DNA of 64,000 bases, taken from the NCBI RefSeq assembly GCF_009834535.1, contig NC_045696.1, positions 25,608,001 through 25,672,000 on the forward strand, read 5' to 3'. Below, in pieces: positions 37,251 through 50,045 of the stretch. The DNA is from Camelus ferus. Taxonomy: Eukaryota. The notes beneath the pieces are model-generated. The model worked only from the letters and a program-made list of their open reading frames with translations, had not been told where the DNA came from and ran no database searches. The position numbers and the translations under genes were made by a program. Each line of letters begins with the position of its first letter. Position 1 is the stretch's first letter.

Positions 37251-40200
37251 CCGTGTTACCTGTTTAAAAAAGAAAATTGCCTTTTTTTCTTTTTATTTCC
37301 ACTTGCAACCAGTTGGTAGACTTTAGTTAGCCGTCTTTATTCAAAACTAAGTACATGCATTAAAATGCCCTCCAAAGTTACAGGTGAGTTGATTGAGTTC
37401 TCAGTCACACCTATGAGATGTAGAGCAATTCCATTTCCACTGTAAGCTGTTATGACTGAAAGATAACATAAAAACAATTAAAAGAGACCCGACTCCATTT
37501 AATCAGATGAAGTCAGGATAGTTAAGTGATATGTTTAGAACTGTGATTCTTTAAAGTAAAAACCTAAGACTTCAGAAAAATATAGAAAACTATACTTTAG
37601 AAAACTTTACCAAAAGCTATACAGTTAGTATATTAGGAAAGGGGATAGTCTGCTTAAAAGAATGAAGTCTTTTAATACTCAGTTTTATTTTTGTTTTTGT
37701 TTCAGCGTGCGGAAAAATGATCTTATGTAGGAATCAGCAATACCCCCAAATTAGGAAAACAAACTTTGCCCATGAGCTATTTATATCTTTTCCTTTTTAG
37801 CAACTAAATCAAGACTTGAATATGATGAGCTTTAATAAGTGGTGGTGCTGCTGATGCTTATTGTGAGGGAATGAGATATCGTCTTTGCTTTAGGAGATCA
37901 TTTTTCAAAGGGTATGAAAAACTAGACTTAATTACCATTCAGACATGGAATGATGGGTTCTATGTCAGAGTAGCATTATGAAGAATTGGTTTGAACCCAT
38001 TGAACAGCAAGCAAACTTTTGATATTAACTAGAACTGAAGAGGAAGGTTAATCAAATTCCATTTGGAGAGAGGAATTCTGAGAACATGTGTCAAAGGAAG
38101 CCAACCAGAACGTACATTTGTGGAATACCATGTATACAGCTAATGCTCCTTTTTCACAAGGCAGAGAACTTAACAGACTGTATCAGGACAGTTCAGCGCA
38201 GTCCCTTGATAAGAGTTCCTTCCCCATTACTCATAGTTTAAAGAGTCTGTCTGATCACCGTCTGATAGAGTCAATATAGTACAGTTTTTCAAAAGTAGCA
38301 GTAGACTTAAGTGGAATATACATATACATTAAAATAGCACACAATTCTATTGACATGGCATTGACTTTGGGAACTTCTTAATACATATTTTTCTTGCAAC
38401 AAATCAGCATCTGAGATGAAATACAGAGACTGGTGGTTCTGCCAAAGGGATCTGTTAACTGGATTCAAGCCTTAAGCCTGTTCTTTTTGGCGCCTAATGA
38501 GTGTGTATTGGACAAAAAAAAAAGGAGGGGGTTTAACTCTTTATCCTGTAGACCTTAATTTGCAACAGGTGACCCAAGCTCATAAACACTCTATCTTTCA
38601 TTCTGATAGCAGTGTAGAAATATTTTAAGGTTTTGGTCTGTTTATTTTAAATGATGGCATTCAATGTCATTTTGTATTTATACAATTATTAGGGATAAAA
38701 CAGATTTTCCAATGTGTAATTAGACAGAGAAAGAGATGGCCCTTTTCCTCTTCCATCTAATAAATAATTAGAAACCCAGCCCCAGATTAATAAGTGTTCC
38801 TATGGGATCTTATTTGAATCCCTGCAAACAACTTTGCTGAAGTTCTAAAGAAAAAAAAGTCACTAATCTTCCAGGAAGCTTATGCTATGCTTTTGTTAAA
38901 AAATACCACCAACAGCAACAACAAAAACCCTTGTAAGTCTATCATTAAAATATACATTTAATAAAGATGAACTCAGTAGAATCCTAGGAAACAAGAAATG
39001 GAAGTCTCCAAGGCTGGCCTCTTTCTGGTAATCTAGCTCAGTAGCATGGACAGTGTAGTATTTGACAGCTCTCACTTTTCCCGTGGTTCCTTTTGCATTG
39101 CTTAAACATAATTGCATTTGAACCAGAATCTTGGCCCATGATCTGTAATGTGAGGATGTTAAATGTGTGTCGTATGGAAAGCATCTGATACTGTGTTGTG
39201 CACTGTAATAAAATAACAATTAGAGCCGTGAGAACCAAAGAAACCAAAATCTGTAATTAGTGGCATTTGTGGGGATTGTTCCAAGAACGTTTAGTCATTT
39301 TAATCCAATTTTCTTTCTTTATGGCCCTCAAGGAAAAAGGAATATACATAGAGGGCTTCAATCCACAGCCCCCTTTTATTCTCTCTTATTGAGGAATATA
39401 AACCAGATCAATGGCTTGTCTCATATATAAATCTTACTCAACACAGCAAAGAAGACATAAATGTTCACAATAAAGTTTTATCAAGTTCTGTCTTCAAAGT
39501 AGGTTTAAGATTGGCTTTGGCTGCAAAACAGTTGTGTTTTGACTCTTGGGTAGAAGCTTTGTTTTAAAAGATTTTATCAGAATTAGTTTCTCATAGAGGG
39601 CTAGTTTGTAAACAATACTTGTACTGACAGAATTTGTCATACTCAGATTATACACTTGTGGGCATTACTTTATTCTGGTTTTATCACAGTTTTGCATATG
39701 AAATATAAAGAAATGTGGCTGATTTATTTTATTGGCATCTGTGTATTGTCAAAGTAGATGCATTGATAAAACATTAATTCAGGCAGTTCTGCCTTAGACA
39801 TTGTTTTGGCATTTCTTTCTTTGAAACTATCCTTAAAACTGCTTTTTTAAGTACAAGAAAGCTGGTGTTGTTGCCTTGGTGAACATTTAAGCTTTACCCA
39901 AAAAAGAAGGAAAAAAATGTATATCTCAGGTTGCTAATCCATCTGTTTGTTTATTTATTTATTATTTTTTAAAATATTTTACAGATAGATACGGTTCCAA
40001 ACACCATTTGGTTTACTTTTTAAGAAGAGGCTCTGTCTTAGAAATTGGATATATTCCACACTGAGGTGATTCAAAATAATCTTGCTGCAGATTTTGAAGA
40101 AAATTGCAATTTAAATGAGTCTAGATAAAGGTTGCTTATGTCAGAGAACCAATACAACCTAATGTGCTAAAGCCAGAAACAAAATTAACAAATGAGTAAA

Positions 40201-43200
40201 TTATCCCTTGTTTACACTTCAAACAACAGACAAATTTGTTGTTTATCTAGCAGGTTGAACTTTGTCTGCAGGCCACTCATGACTGTTAAAAATGAAAGAG
40301 GTGAGCCATCATGTGGAATCAGTTTCGTTTCTGACTTCCATGACTGAGCTCAGATGTTGCATGTGCTTAAATTTGCCTGTAGGGAATCTCTGAATTGCTT
40401 AATGGAATAGCCAATGGCAAACTCCACATTAACTGTCCCACATTAACTGACCATAGCAAATCCTTGTGAATAACACACATCTTCCAGTTAAGTCATGTCT
40501 ACTCTCATGAAAATGTACCAAAATCACTTTGTAGTTTATTTCAAGGATGTTATATATGGAAATCACTGCCACACTTGCATCATACCCATTCATTTTTTAT
40601 ATACATTTTTGCTTAAAAAGTGGATTTAAAGCCATTCAACCTTGTTGATGTGAAGTGATGTCTGATACCAGTTTTATAGCCACAGAGCAAACCGGTGAGC
40701 ATGATAGTACTAAATATTTCTTTTGTTTTCATTTCTAACTCTATAAATCTTTTACAAAGACCTTGTCCACCATTTCTTCATGAAAGGTAGCTAGGCTAAA
40801 ACCCCCCACAATTTAAACAAGAGTTGTAAATAGTGTAAACATGACTATTTTATATTTTATCATGGAGCATCAGCTGAATTTGGTGCATTAAGTAGGTGAT
40901 TAAACGAGATACATCAATTTTATTTTAAAAAAGAAAATGTGACCAAAAGGCAAGAGCTTTGATATTCTTCTGTAACCCATGAATTGACTCTAAAGCCAGT
41001 TTTCAAAAAGAATCTCTACAATTGGCAGTCAGAAGAATCAAAAGCAAAACCTTCTTCTAATGTAAAGAGCTTCACTGGCTGTGGAAATTTTACTTGGCCA
41101 CAGTTAACAGTCTTTGAAAGTAACTCAGATGATTACAAAACCATTTTTAATGCCCCGAATTATTTTAAAATGGTAACTTTTGAGATACTTTTAATAAAAA
41201 AAATTGATAACTGCTATGCATATTTATTTGACTATTAATATTTAAATTTAAACTGATGTAAACATAATACCCATCAAGTAGAATGGCTGTAATCTTGGTC
41301 TGTTGGTTTTACTACCATTACATAACCTGAGCAAACTGGAAGGTACTTCACCATTCCCTAAAGAAAGGAATGAATGTTTGATGTTTGTAAATGTCTATAG
41401 CAGATAGATGATCTCTATAACAATTTTATATGGAAACACTAATTGATAACAGATCTTTGCTAAAGAATTTTTATGACATCCATTTAATTTCCAAAGAAGA
41501 ACAGATACAAGCTTAAGCCTGAGAGTTATACACTAACAGCTACCCTCACCATCAGTTTAGCATTAGAAATTGCAGGACAAGTTATGTAATGCCAGTACAA
41601 TTAATAGGCCAAAATTACTACCATCCTACCTGATAAATTTTATGCATACAGCACCTTAAATTTAAATCTTGCTGGTCAGGGTAACAATAGCTTCATCAAA
41701 ATCTGTTCCTTTTGCCACTGTTATTGTGATACATTCCCAAAATAACTGTAATCACCCTTTCCTAGTTGAAAGGCACAGTGTTTTTCAAAATTTTTATCTT
41801 GGGACAATTTACTAAGGGAAAATTTACTATGAATTGGCTTAAAAATCTTAGCAATTTAAGCCTAAAATCATTTAAATTAAGACAGACTTTCTTGATTATA
41901 AATAGTCATAGGGCATTAAAGATATGTGTTTTAATAGCTCTCATCATTCAGGAAGTATCACAAGAATATTTCTTTTGAGGCTTTGATTTGTGAGCAATGC
42001 TATTTCCTAGTTAGAGTATCGAGCCTTTACATTTACTGTTAGATAAACGTAGATAGAAAGAATGTACTTGCAATACAAAGGTCACATAAGAAGGGCTTTA
42101 TTCATCTGAAAATGCAAAACCATTGCCTAGAATATTTTAGTCACTTTTATTAAAAAACATTTTATTGGCTGTTTCCAGGACATATGTCCTTTCAAATGAC
42201 ACAAAATACAATACTCAACTCAATACAGACACATTCAACAAAGCATGAACTAATTTCCCAGCTTTGGGTATTTTTGCTTCATTACATTATCTATCACCCC
42301 TTTAGCTTCTTTAAAAAATCATTTACACATTCTCCGCATGCAGCACACAGGAAATTTTAGTGTGGTCATAATTTTTAATATTAGAGATGTAAAATTAAAC
42401 TAGATCTATTTTTATAATGGTGGCTAAGATTTTATTTAACATGTATTTGGTATACTTACACTGGAAACTATCCTTTAAACTTGATAGAAAATGCAATTCA
42501 TTGCTAGCATAGATAAGCTGTCATAGATGGAATGATTTATCTAAGCATATAGACTTGGCTATTTTTTTCAATTATCTAGACATCAGAATGATATTTATAC
42601 TGCCTCAGATGAGAATTTTTAAATATTAGCTAAATGGTGTGTTTGATTATATCTATTTTAATTTTAACTAATTTTTTCAAATTTTAACTGACTTTGTTGT
42701 AGTTGTAATTCTCCCTTAAATTTTTTTTAATTTTCTGTAGATTAATACCTATATATTTTAAAGTAAAAAAATTCACATGAAATACATTTAATGAATTCAT
42801 CCTGAATTGTGTCATTAACACAATTTTTTGGTAAGAATCTTAATAAAAATGTAAAAGTTCTGCTAGAAAAAAATGATTTCCTAAAAACTTTCTCTCTTTA
42901 ACTGAGAGCTTATCAAATAGGTCACTACATAAGAGAATTGGGCACTCAGAAGATACTTTTGTTCGGCAGAGTTAGCAGACAGAAATATTTGCCATCCTTT
43001 GTTTATTCATGTAGAAAAAGCCTGAGAAGCTTCTGTATCTGCTTGGAGTTTCAGAGGCAGCTATTTTCCTGAAGGAACGAAACAATAAAAAGAAGAGATG
43101 GAAGAAATCTTACTTGTTACAGATCTTACCTACTTCACAAGTTTGTCATAGGCAGGACCAAAGCAAAGCAATATGCTTATGTTTAGTATTTAACTTTTTG

Positions 43201-44794
43201 TTTGGAAGAGTCTATAAACTTGGGTAAGAAAAACAAAATCCATTTTTAGAGTCAAAACTAGCCATTTGGATGAAAGAATATGGTTATAATAATTTAGCTT
43301 TCTATTTAAAATCCTATATTTAGGAGACTAGTTGATTTGCAGTTCTCTCTTACAAAGTCAGCCACTAAAGAATAATGTTAAAAATACTGAAATTTATAAT
43401 CCTTTTCATTGAGGGCGTTTGTTTAGCAAGTAAATTTTCTTAGAGTAATGATCAAGTTCTGATAATATGAAAATTGGTTACTAATTTCCCTTGTCCATTA
43501 TGTCACAAAAATATTCCAAGTTGTATATCAAAAGCTTTTTAAAAATATATGTATATGTATATATAATTTGACAAAACTCAAGATTTTCAAAACTCTGGCA
43601 TAAATCATAAAACAGGTTGACTCCTTCAACATGAGTCAAGATGCTTATTTGAAATTAGCCAAGAGAGCTCACAGCTTCCACTCAGTATAAATTATCACCT
43701 TTCAAAAAAAAATCAACCAGATTCTCAAGTGTACTTAATATTCAAAATCAAAAATCTCTAATATTTCAATAGTAAGGTTAAAAATATCAAAAATGTTTAC
43801 AAAGTTTCCCAACTTCTACATAAAACATTTTTCTTCACTTTTGAAGTTTCATATTTTATACATCACCTGGGCTTCTGTGATGAGAGAAATAAACACATTT
43901 CAATTTGCCTTTCATCTATTGTTTCTCATTAGTTATAAAGTAGCATATTTCTGATGAGTCTTTTGACTCCTTAACTTCATTACCTTCATAATATAATGCA
44001 GGGAACTGTCATTATGATATATTTCTCCTCAGAAATGGTTTTCAGTTTATTAAGTTCTTAATACCATGTTTCTATGATTCTGATTACTTCCTGCATTATT
44101 TACTCATTTATTTCATCTTCTTTTGGCCAACCTTGTTCTGTTGTGCTGCCTTTCGTCTTTCATCTTCAAAGCCCCATTTCTGGATCATGTGTGACTGTCT
44201 AAAGTTAGTTGTTGGTATAAACTCAAATGCAAAACTTAAGTTTAAAAAAATTCCAGCTGAAGTATATCATTCCTGAAAATGTACAGCTGTTTCTACCACA
44301 TTTATTCTTTTTATTTTCAGGATCATAAGGCTGAATGCTAGAAGCAGGCTGTTTTCATTTCTATCAGGCTAACAATCCAGTGAAATCAGGCTTTGATCCT
44401 TGGGAAGAAGATTCGGGACACCCAGTGTGTTACAACTAGCTTTGGCGGTTTATTTTACAAGAGACTTGCACTTGTGTTCCAGAATGTGTTTTATATTTAT
44501 TACCAAGGGGGAAGGGGGGCGGGGTTGGGTAGGAAGTCATTCTATTAGCCATGAAGAAATCAAGTAGAAGTGATTTGAAAAGTAAAGACTTAAAGTGGGA
44601 CTTGTGTGACTTTGAATGAAGTAGGTCTCTGTGTTACAGCAATGCCTCTGGAAATGTTCTATAGAGACTGAAGGCAGGGAAGAGTGAACTGACTTGAGGT
44701 AGCACAACAGAGGGAATGAGACAGGAGGAAATACTGTGTGAGGACTATTTATGACATTGACCACAGGTTATCCTAGAGGGAGAACTTAGAAAGC

Positions 44795-45262
44795 TTTTTA
44801 TTTTTAAAAGTTTTATTGAGAAACAGAATACATAAGCATAAAGTCAGTGGTTTTTAACACATGTACAAAATTGTGCAACCATTATCATAACCTAATTTTA
44901 GGATGTCACCCAAAAAGAAACTTTGTATCCAGCAGCATTCACTACCCATTCCCTCTTGCTACATACACCCTCAAACTGGCAACTGGCGACCCCTAATCTA
45001 CTTTCTGTCTTTCTAGATTAGTCCATCCTGGAAATTGCAAATAAATGGAATTATATAACATGTGATCTTCTGTGAGTGGCTTCTTTCACTTAACATAATT
45101 TTTCAAAGTTTATCCATATTGTGGCATATATCACTAATTCATTTTTATTGCTGAATAGCATTCCACTGAATGAATTTTAGTTATCCACTCATTAGTTAAT
45201 GGACATTTGGATTGCTTCTACATTTTGTCTGTTATTAATAATGCTACCATGAACATTATTAG
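44795..45262 (-). mobile_element. L1MB-type 3' end
   Basis: 'ttgtgcaaccattatcataacctaattttagga...ctaatctactttctgtct...ataaatggaattata...tggcttctttcacttaacataat...ggacatttggattgcttc'. Confidence 0.88.
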
Positions 45263-46154
45263 ATGGACTTTCTCAATTTAAATTAAAATTCTGCTTGTAT
45301 ATTATTTCTGTTGTTTCCTTATGACTGAAATGCTGACAAAACTATAGACATTTTATTAAAGAAATACATCATGTTTATCATACCTCAATAGAATGGGAAA
45401 GTAAATAAGAAGTACATTTCTTTTAATTATGTACACTAAAATTAGAATATGATTCCTTTTAAAAGTGAAAAAAATATAAATGTATGTGTCAATATACTAT
45501 TTCTTGTGTTATGAAGTCTTGCTGTTTGAATAGAAAAACAAATGTTTTAGTTATCAGAATTATTCCTTTGAAAGTATCCATTATAATAATGTACTTTCAT
45601 ATGATAGCATTGTTGTTTTTTTAAATAAAATATGCTATCAAGATAAATTTCTCTAGACTGAGTTACAGCCAAGTTTTATGTAAAGAAAAAATACTGTTTT
45701 TAAAAACATAATATTAATTGTTTCTTTTATATGTGAAGAGAATGTGGGAAATAAAATATAAGTAATATCCTACCTATGATGAACTCATGTACACAAGTGA
45801 GAAGATTATTTCTTTAGTTTACTTAAACCTTGGCTTTTCTTGAAGACAAAACCTCCCTTGAAAGGCCCCTATGTAGAGACAACACATTTTCTAACTCTCG
45901 TCCCACCCAGGGATAGAGTTGGTGTTCTCCTTGCCCTTTACTGTAAATCTCAGCCTGTACCATTTTATGCTTATGCAAGAACTTCTTTTCCCATGTTCAT
46001 CCATGTCATCCAATGCTTTTTATTCTCATTACCATTTATTCTAGTATTCAGTGACTTCGTTGATGACTGGTTGACACACCTTTCTCTCCCATTCAAAATC
46101 TTGCTTCCATACTACTTCCATAATATTTATGTAAGTTATATTTTAAACATCCTA

Positions 46155-46339
46155 TGGCAGTTTCTCAAAGTGTAATATGCCTGCTACCTATATCCAAATT
46201 GTCTTCATTAAAGAGTCAGATTCATGGATTCCACATCAGACCTACTGAATCAGGATCCTCAAGGGTAGAATCAAGAAATCTGCCTTTTTCACAGGCAGTC
46301 CAGACAATGCTTAGACACATTGAAGTCTGAGAATGGCTG
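46155..46339. mobile_element. MER5-family MITE inside L2-like sequence (about 45900-46960)
   Basis: 'gcagtttctcaaagtgt...cagattcatggattccacatcagacctactgaatcag...aagaaatctgcctttttcacagg...aagtctgagaatggctg'. Confidence 0.75.
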
Positions 46340-46995
46340 CCGACAAAGGCTTCTTAACCTCTTAAAAAAAAAGAGCTTACCCTCTGACTTTATTCTATTC
46401 AACAATAACATTCAACATCCATACTGTCAAATCACCCATTATCATGTAGGCACTGCTTTCAGTTATTCTACCTTTGAAATACTAAATCTGTTTGAACATA
46501 ATTTGGATCTTTTAATTCATATTAGTCATGTTTTACCTTTTTTCCTTAAGTATTTCAGCACTCTCCTGACTTCAGTTGCTTCTTCACACAGCCTAGATCC
46601 CCTCACCCAGCACTTTAACATTTTTAAACAGCACTCGACCCCAATTTTTTGCTTATCTTTTCAGCCACATATTCTGAGCTAACTCAAGCCTCTGATTAAT
46701 CCAGCTGCTTGTCATCTTGAGTCCTACATCCAGCCATCTGAAGATGACTGGGGAACATTTCTCTTACTCATCAGATTATTGCCACTGCTATATTTACAAC
46801 TGTCTTTCTGCTCCATTCAGAACACTGCTTAGCAACTAGTCAGCTCTCTGCTCCCTTCTCCCCAACTGCTACTTCAGAAATTGATGAAGCAAGAATCCAG
46901 TGTGACAAGCACCACCTTCTCTTAGCATATGATCCTGTTTCCTATTTCCCATGTTCACACCCCGATTCCTGCAGCCACTTACAATTAAGTAGGTC

Positions 46996-47125
46996 TGTCA
47001 TAGGTTGAATAACGGCCCCAAAGATATCAGATCCTAATCCCTGCAACCTGTAAATGTTATTTTATATGGAGAAACATTCTTTAGAGATGTGATGAAGTTA
47101 AGGATCTTGGGGGTAGGATGTTCTG
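46996..47125 (+). mobile_element. MaLR LTR 5' fragment (MLT1C/D-like)
   Basis: 'ggttgaataacggccccaaagatatcagatcctaatccctgcaacctgtaaatgttat...gatgtgatgaagttaaggatcttg'. Confidence 0.8.
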
Positions 47126-47595
47126 CTTGAATTAAGTAAAGTACATTACCTCACAGAAAATATCAGGACCTAGTTTTCTGCTTTTTGTGTCTCCCCTTCA
47201 TATCATTCTCCACACTGTTTCTAGGCTGATCTTTTACTCAAGACACCTGTTATCCTTGAGGTCTCTTATGGCCTCCGGGGCAGGCGCTGATTTCTGTCTA
47301 CCTGTCTAGACTCTGCACCCACCAAATCATTTGTATTTCAAAAATATGTAATTAGTAGTTGCTTGCAAAATCTTAAAAAGCCAGCTATCATTTTCCAGGT
47401 ATCTGACTGCCTGTTTGCCCTCTCCACTTGCTCACTGCAAATTATCTTTCCCCCATTCTTAAGAAATGTATTAAAAAGGTAGTTCGTCTATGGAACTACT
47501 GTATTTTTTCTTTGTACCTTACGTCTCACTTTCCCTGTCTTCACTTTTCTGAGTTTATAAACTTATCTATCGTATGACTTTGTTAACATTTATTA

Positions 47596-48106
47596 AGTGG
47601 AGCACAGGGTGCCAGATGGTGAATCTGTTCAACAAAAGACCACAAGAGAAATTGAAATAGAGAAGTTTACTTCTCACAGATCCTGGAGGAGGTCCTAGGC
47701 ACACCTCAAGGGCCCATTTGGAGAGATCAAAGCAGTGTGCAGGCAGAGAGAGTGACAGGACCCGATGCACTTAGTATCTGTAGTTAGAGTGTTTTGGGAT
47801 TCCTGGCCTAGTGTCAGATTGGTCAGTTCAAACAAAAAGAATGGGATTTTGGTAGTCCCACAGAGGTCTTATCCAAGGGGCACATAAGGCATGCAGGTAC
47901 TGGGAGTCAAGAGACACTTGATCACGAGGAATTTGGGGGGAGTCATATTACGGACTTATATTTGCTTGTGACTTTTTGGCTGTTATCTAAGGAATGTCCT
48001 TGCATAAGGGGGCTAGTGTCAGTTTAAGGTCTCTGCAGGACACTTGGTCACACCAAATGGATGCAGATGCAGCAATACATGGAGTAGCTTAGCTAAACTC
48101 TCCACC
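47596..48106 (-). mobile_element. Old ERVL-type solo LTR (MER74/MER54/MER76-like group)
   Basis: About 510-bp GC-elevated block with inverted ends gtggag...ctccac; 'gccagatggtgaatctgttc...agagaagtttacttctcacagatcc'. Family assignment is tentative. Confidence 0.5.
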
Positions 48107-48149
48107 CCTTTATTTTTGCTGATGATGCATTTCAGATATTTATAAGTTC

Positions 48150-48292
48150 TTGCCACTCCCACTAAGTCTGTAAGCTTCCTAAGAGTGGTTTCCATATCTG
48201 TTTCGAATACAGGAGACTCATTCCTATTGGTTATCCATAAATATCTGACAAATAAATAAAAGAGGGAACGAATAAATGAATGAATGAATAAA
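48150..48292 (+). mobile_element. L2 3' end with (tgaa)n tail
   Basis: 'cccactaagtctgtaagcttcctaagag...aataaatgaatgaatgaataaa'. Confidence 0.6.
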
Positions 48293-50045
48293 TTCCAGAG
48301 CCAAAGAAAATTCTTTGTTAGTTCATAGGCAAAAGATGTCCCTTACAGCTGCAGAAAAGAAGCTTATGTAATTTTTAAGTCCTTTGATTTCGAGGGTAGT
48401 AAAAGACTTTCAGATGTGGGTTATTAGAAAATGAATTATTTATGATTGGCATGTATAAACTGGAACAGATATTTCCTATGACTGAGACATTCCATTCTTT
48501 GGTTATGTCTTTGGTCTATTTTAAATTTAAAAGCTGAAATGTCAAAATTGGACTTTTAAAAATATTGCCTATACACATATTCATAGTCTCGAATATAAAA
48601 TGACTGTTTTTAATGTTGAAAAAGCTATGCTATATATTTCTACATATGAATGCATTATATATTTCTACATTTATAATGTTTTAGTTGCTAGGTTCTAAGA
48701 ATAAAGTTATTGAAATCAGAAGATCTGGGTTCTTATCTGGGTAGTCCTGAGACCACCGCTTAATATTCAAGTGACCTTAAGTATGAAAATATAAGGGACA
48801 CAAAAAGAGGAGAAAAACAAGGAAAGACAAAAGGGTCAAAATGGAAATATTTGAGAAGTACTGATTTCTGATCTGCTGCTCTAAATTCCCATTATTTATC
48901 TTTATTTGGCAAATTTCTTTTAAGCAGTAAGCTTTCATTCATTTTTCATTTATTTAACAAATTTTTATTGATCCCTAGTATGTATTGGACTCTACCCTGC
49001 TAAGAATAAAGACTGAAGGGCACATGGCCTGCTGTTGGAGACAGATACTAAAACAAACCCACCTAATGTAGGCATGGGCTCTTACTTCCCAGGATGCATT
49101 ACACAACAAAATCAGTTTTTTATGTAACAAGAAAATACATGAGATAAGACAATATATGCATAATATATTGTTACCTTTCTTTCCCCTTACTAGCATAGTA
49201 ATTGTGTTCTATTACTGCACCAAAATTACTGTTCACAAGAATTGTTACATTTCATGTTTTGGGAAATAAGCAAGACTTCGGTTTATGGTTCATTTTAAAA
49301 CTCAGTAATAAGTCTATTAAATTTCCTGATTGACCTGTATCTTTTCCTTAAGTTAATTCTTATAATACTGGATGTGCTTGCAAATTCTATTTTTTAGGGC
49401 CTTGTTTATTTATTTGTTTTAAAATCATAAAATTGAGGTCTTCTTTTGTTATGTCTTTTTATTTAGTCTTGTCAGTTCCATAAAGCTCAGTTTTCACTGG
49501 AAACCATGATGCTAGAAATTCATATATTTCAATTATGTCTCCCTAGAGACCAGTAATTATTGGAAAAACAGTAAACTGGCTTTATAGTCAACCCTTCTCA
49601 AGGAGTTCATCCTTGCAACCTACAATGCTTTCACCCTACCTTTAAAATGTGAATGCAAAGTAGAAATAGTAACTCAACAGTCAAATGTGCTTATATAGAA
49701 TTTATTATTTACTTGTAAAAAGTGTGCCATAAGGCATTTTGCTAAAAATATTTCCCCTTTCATTAAAACAAAAGTCACTTTGGTCTATAAGGTAGCATTG
49801 TTCAAAGTATTCCATTCAACACAAGATGTTTCTTTTTATCTCTTTCTTTCTTTCTCTCTCTCCTTTTTAAAAAATTTTTGGGATTTAGAGCATTTTCTTG
49901 TCATTCTTAGTAAACGTCAACTTTGCTGGTGATTTAGTGGCGCTCTGGCTCATCAGTTTTGACCCTGCTCTACTAAAAAGCACAACATTCCCTTTCAGAG
50001 ATCTGTTTATTACTTTGTTCATTACCCAGAGGTGTTTTCAGGTCC

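Noticed and set aside
39962..40070. Acceptor at 39985 with a short ORF (DRYGSKHHLVYFLRR...)
   Set aside because: The pyrimidine tract is interrupted by an A-run and the peptide is unrecognised; too weak to list.
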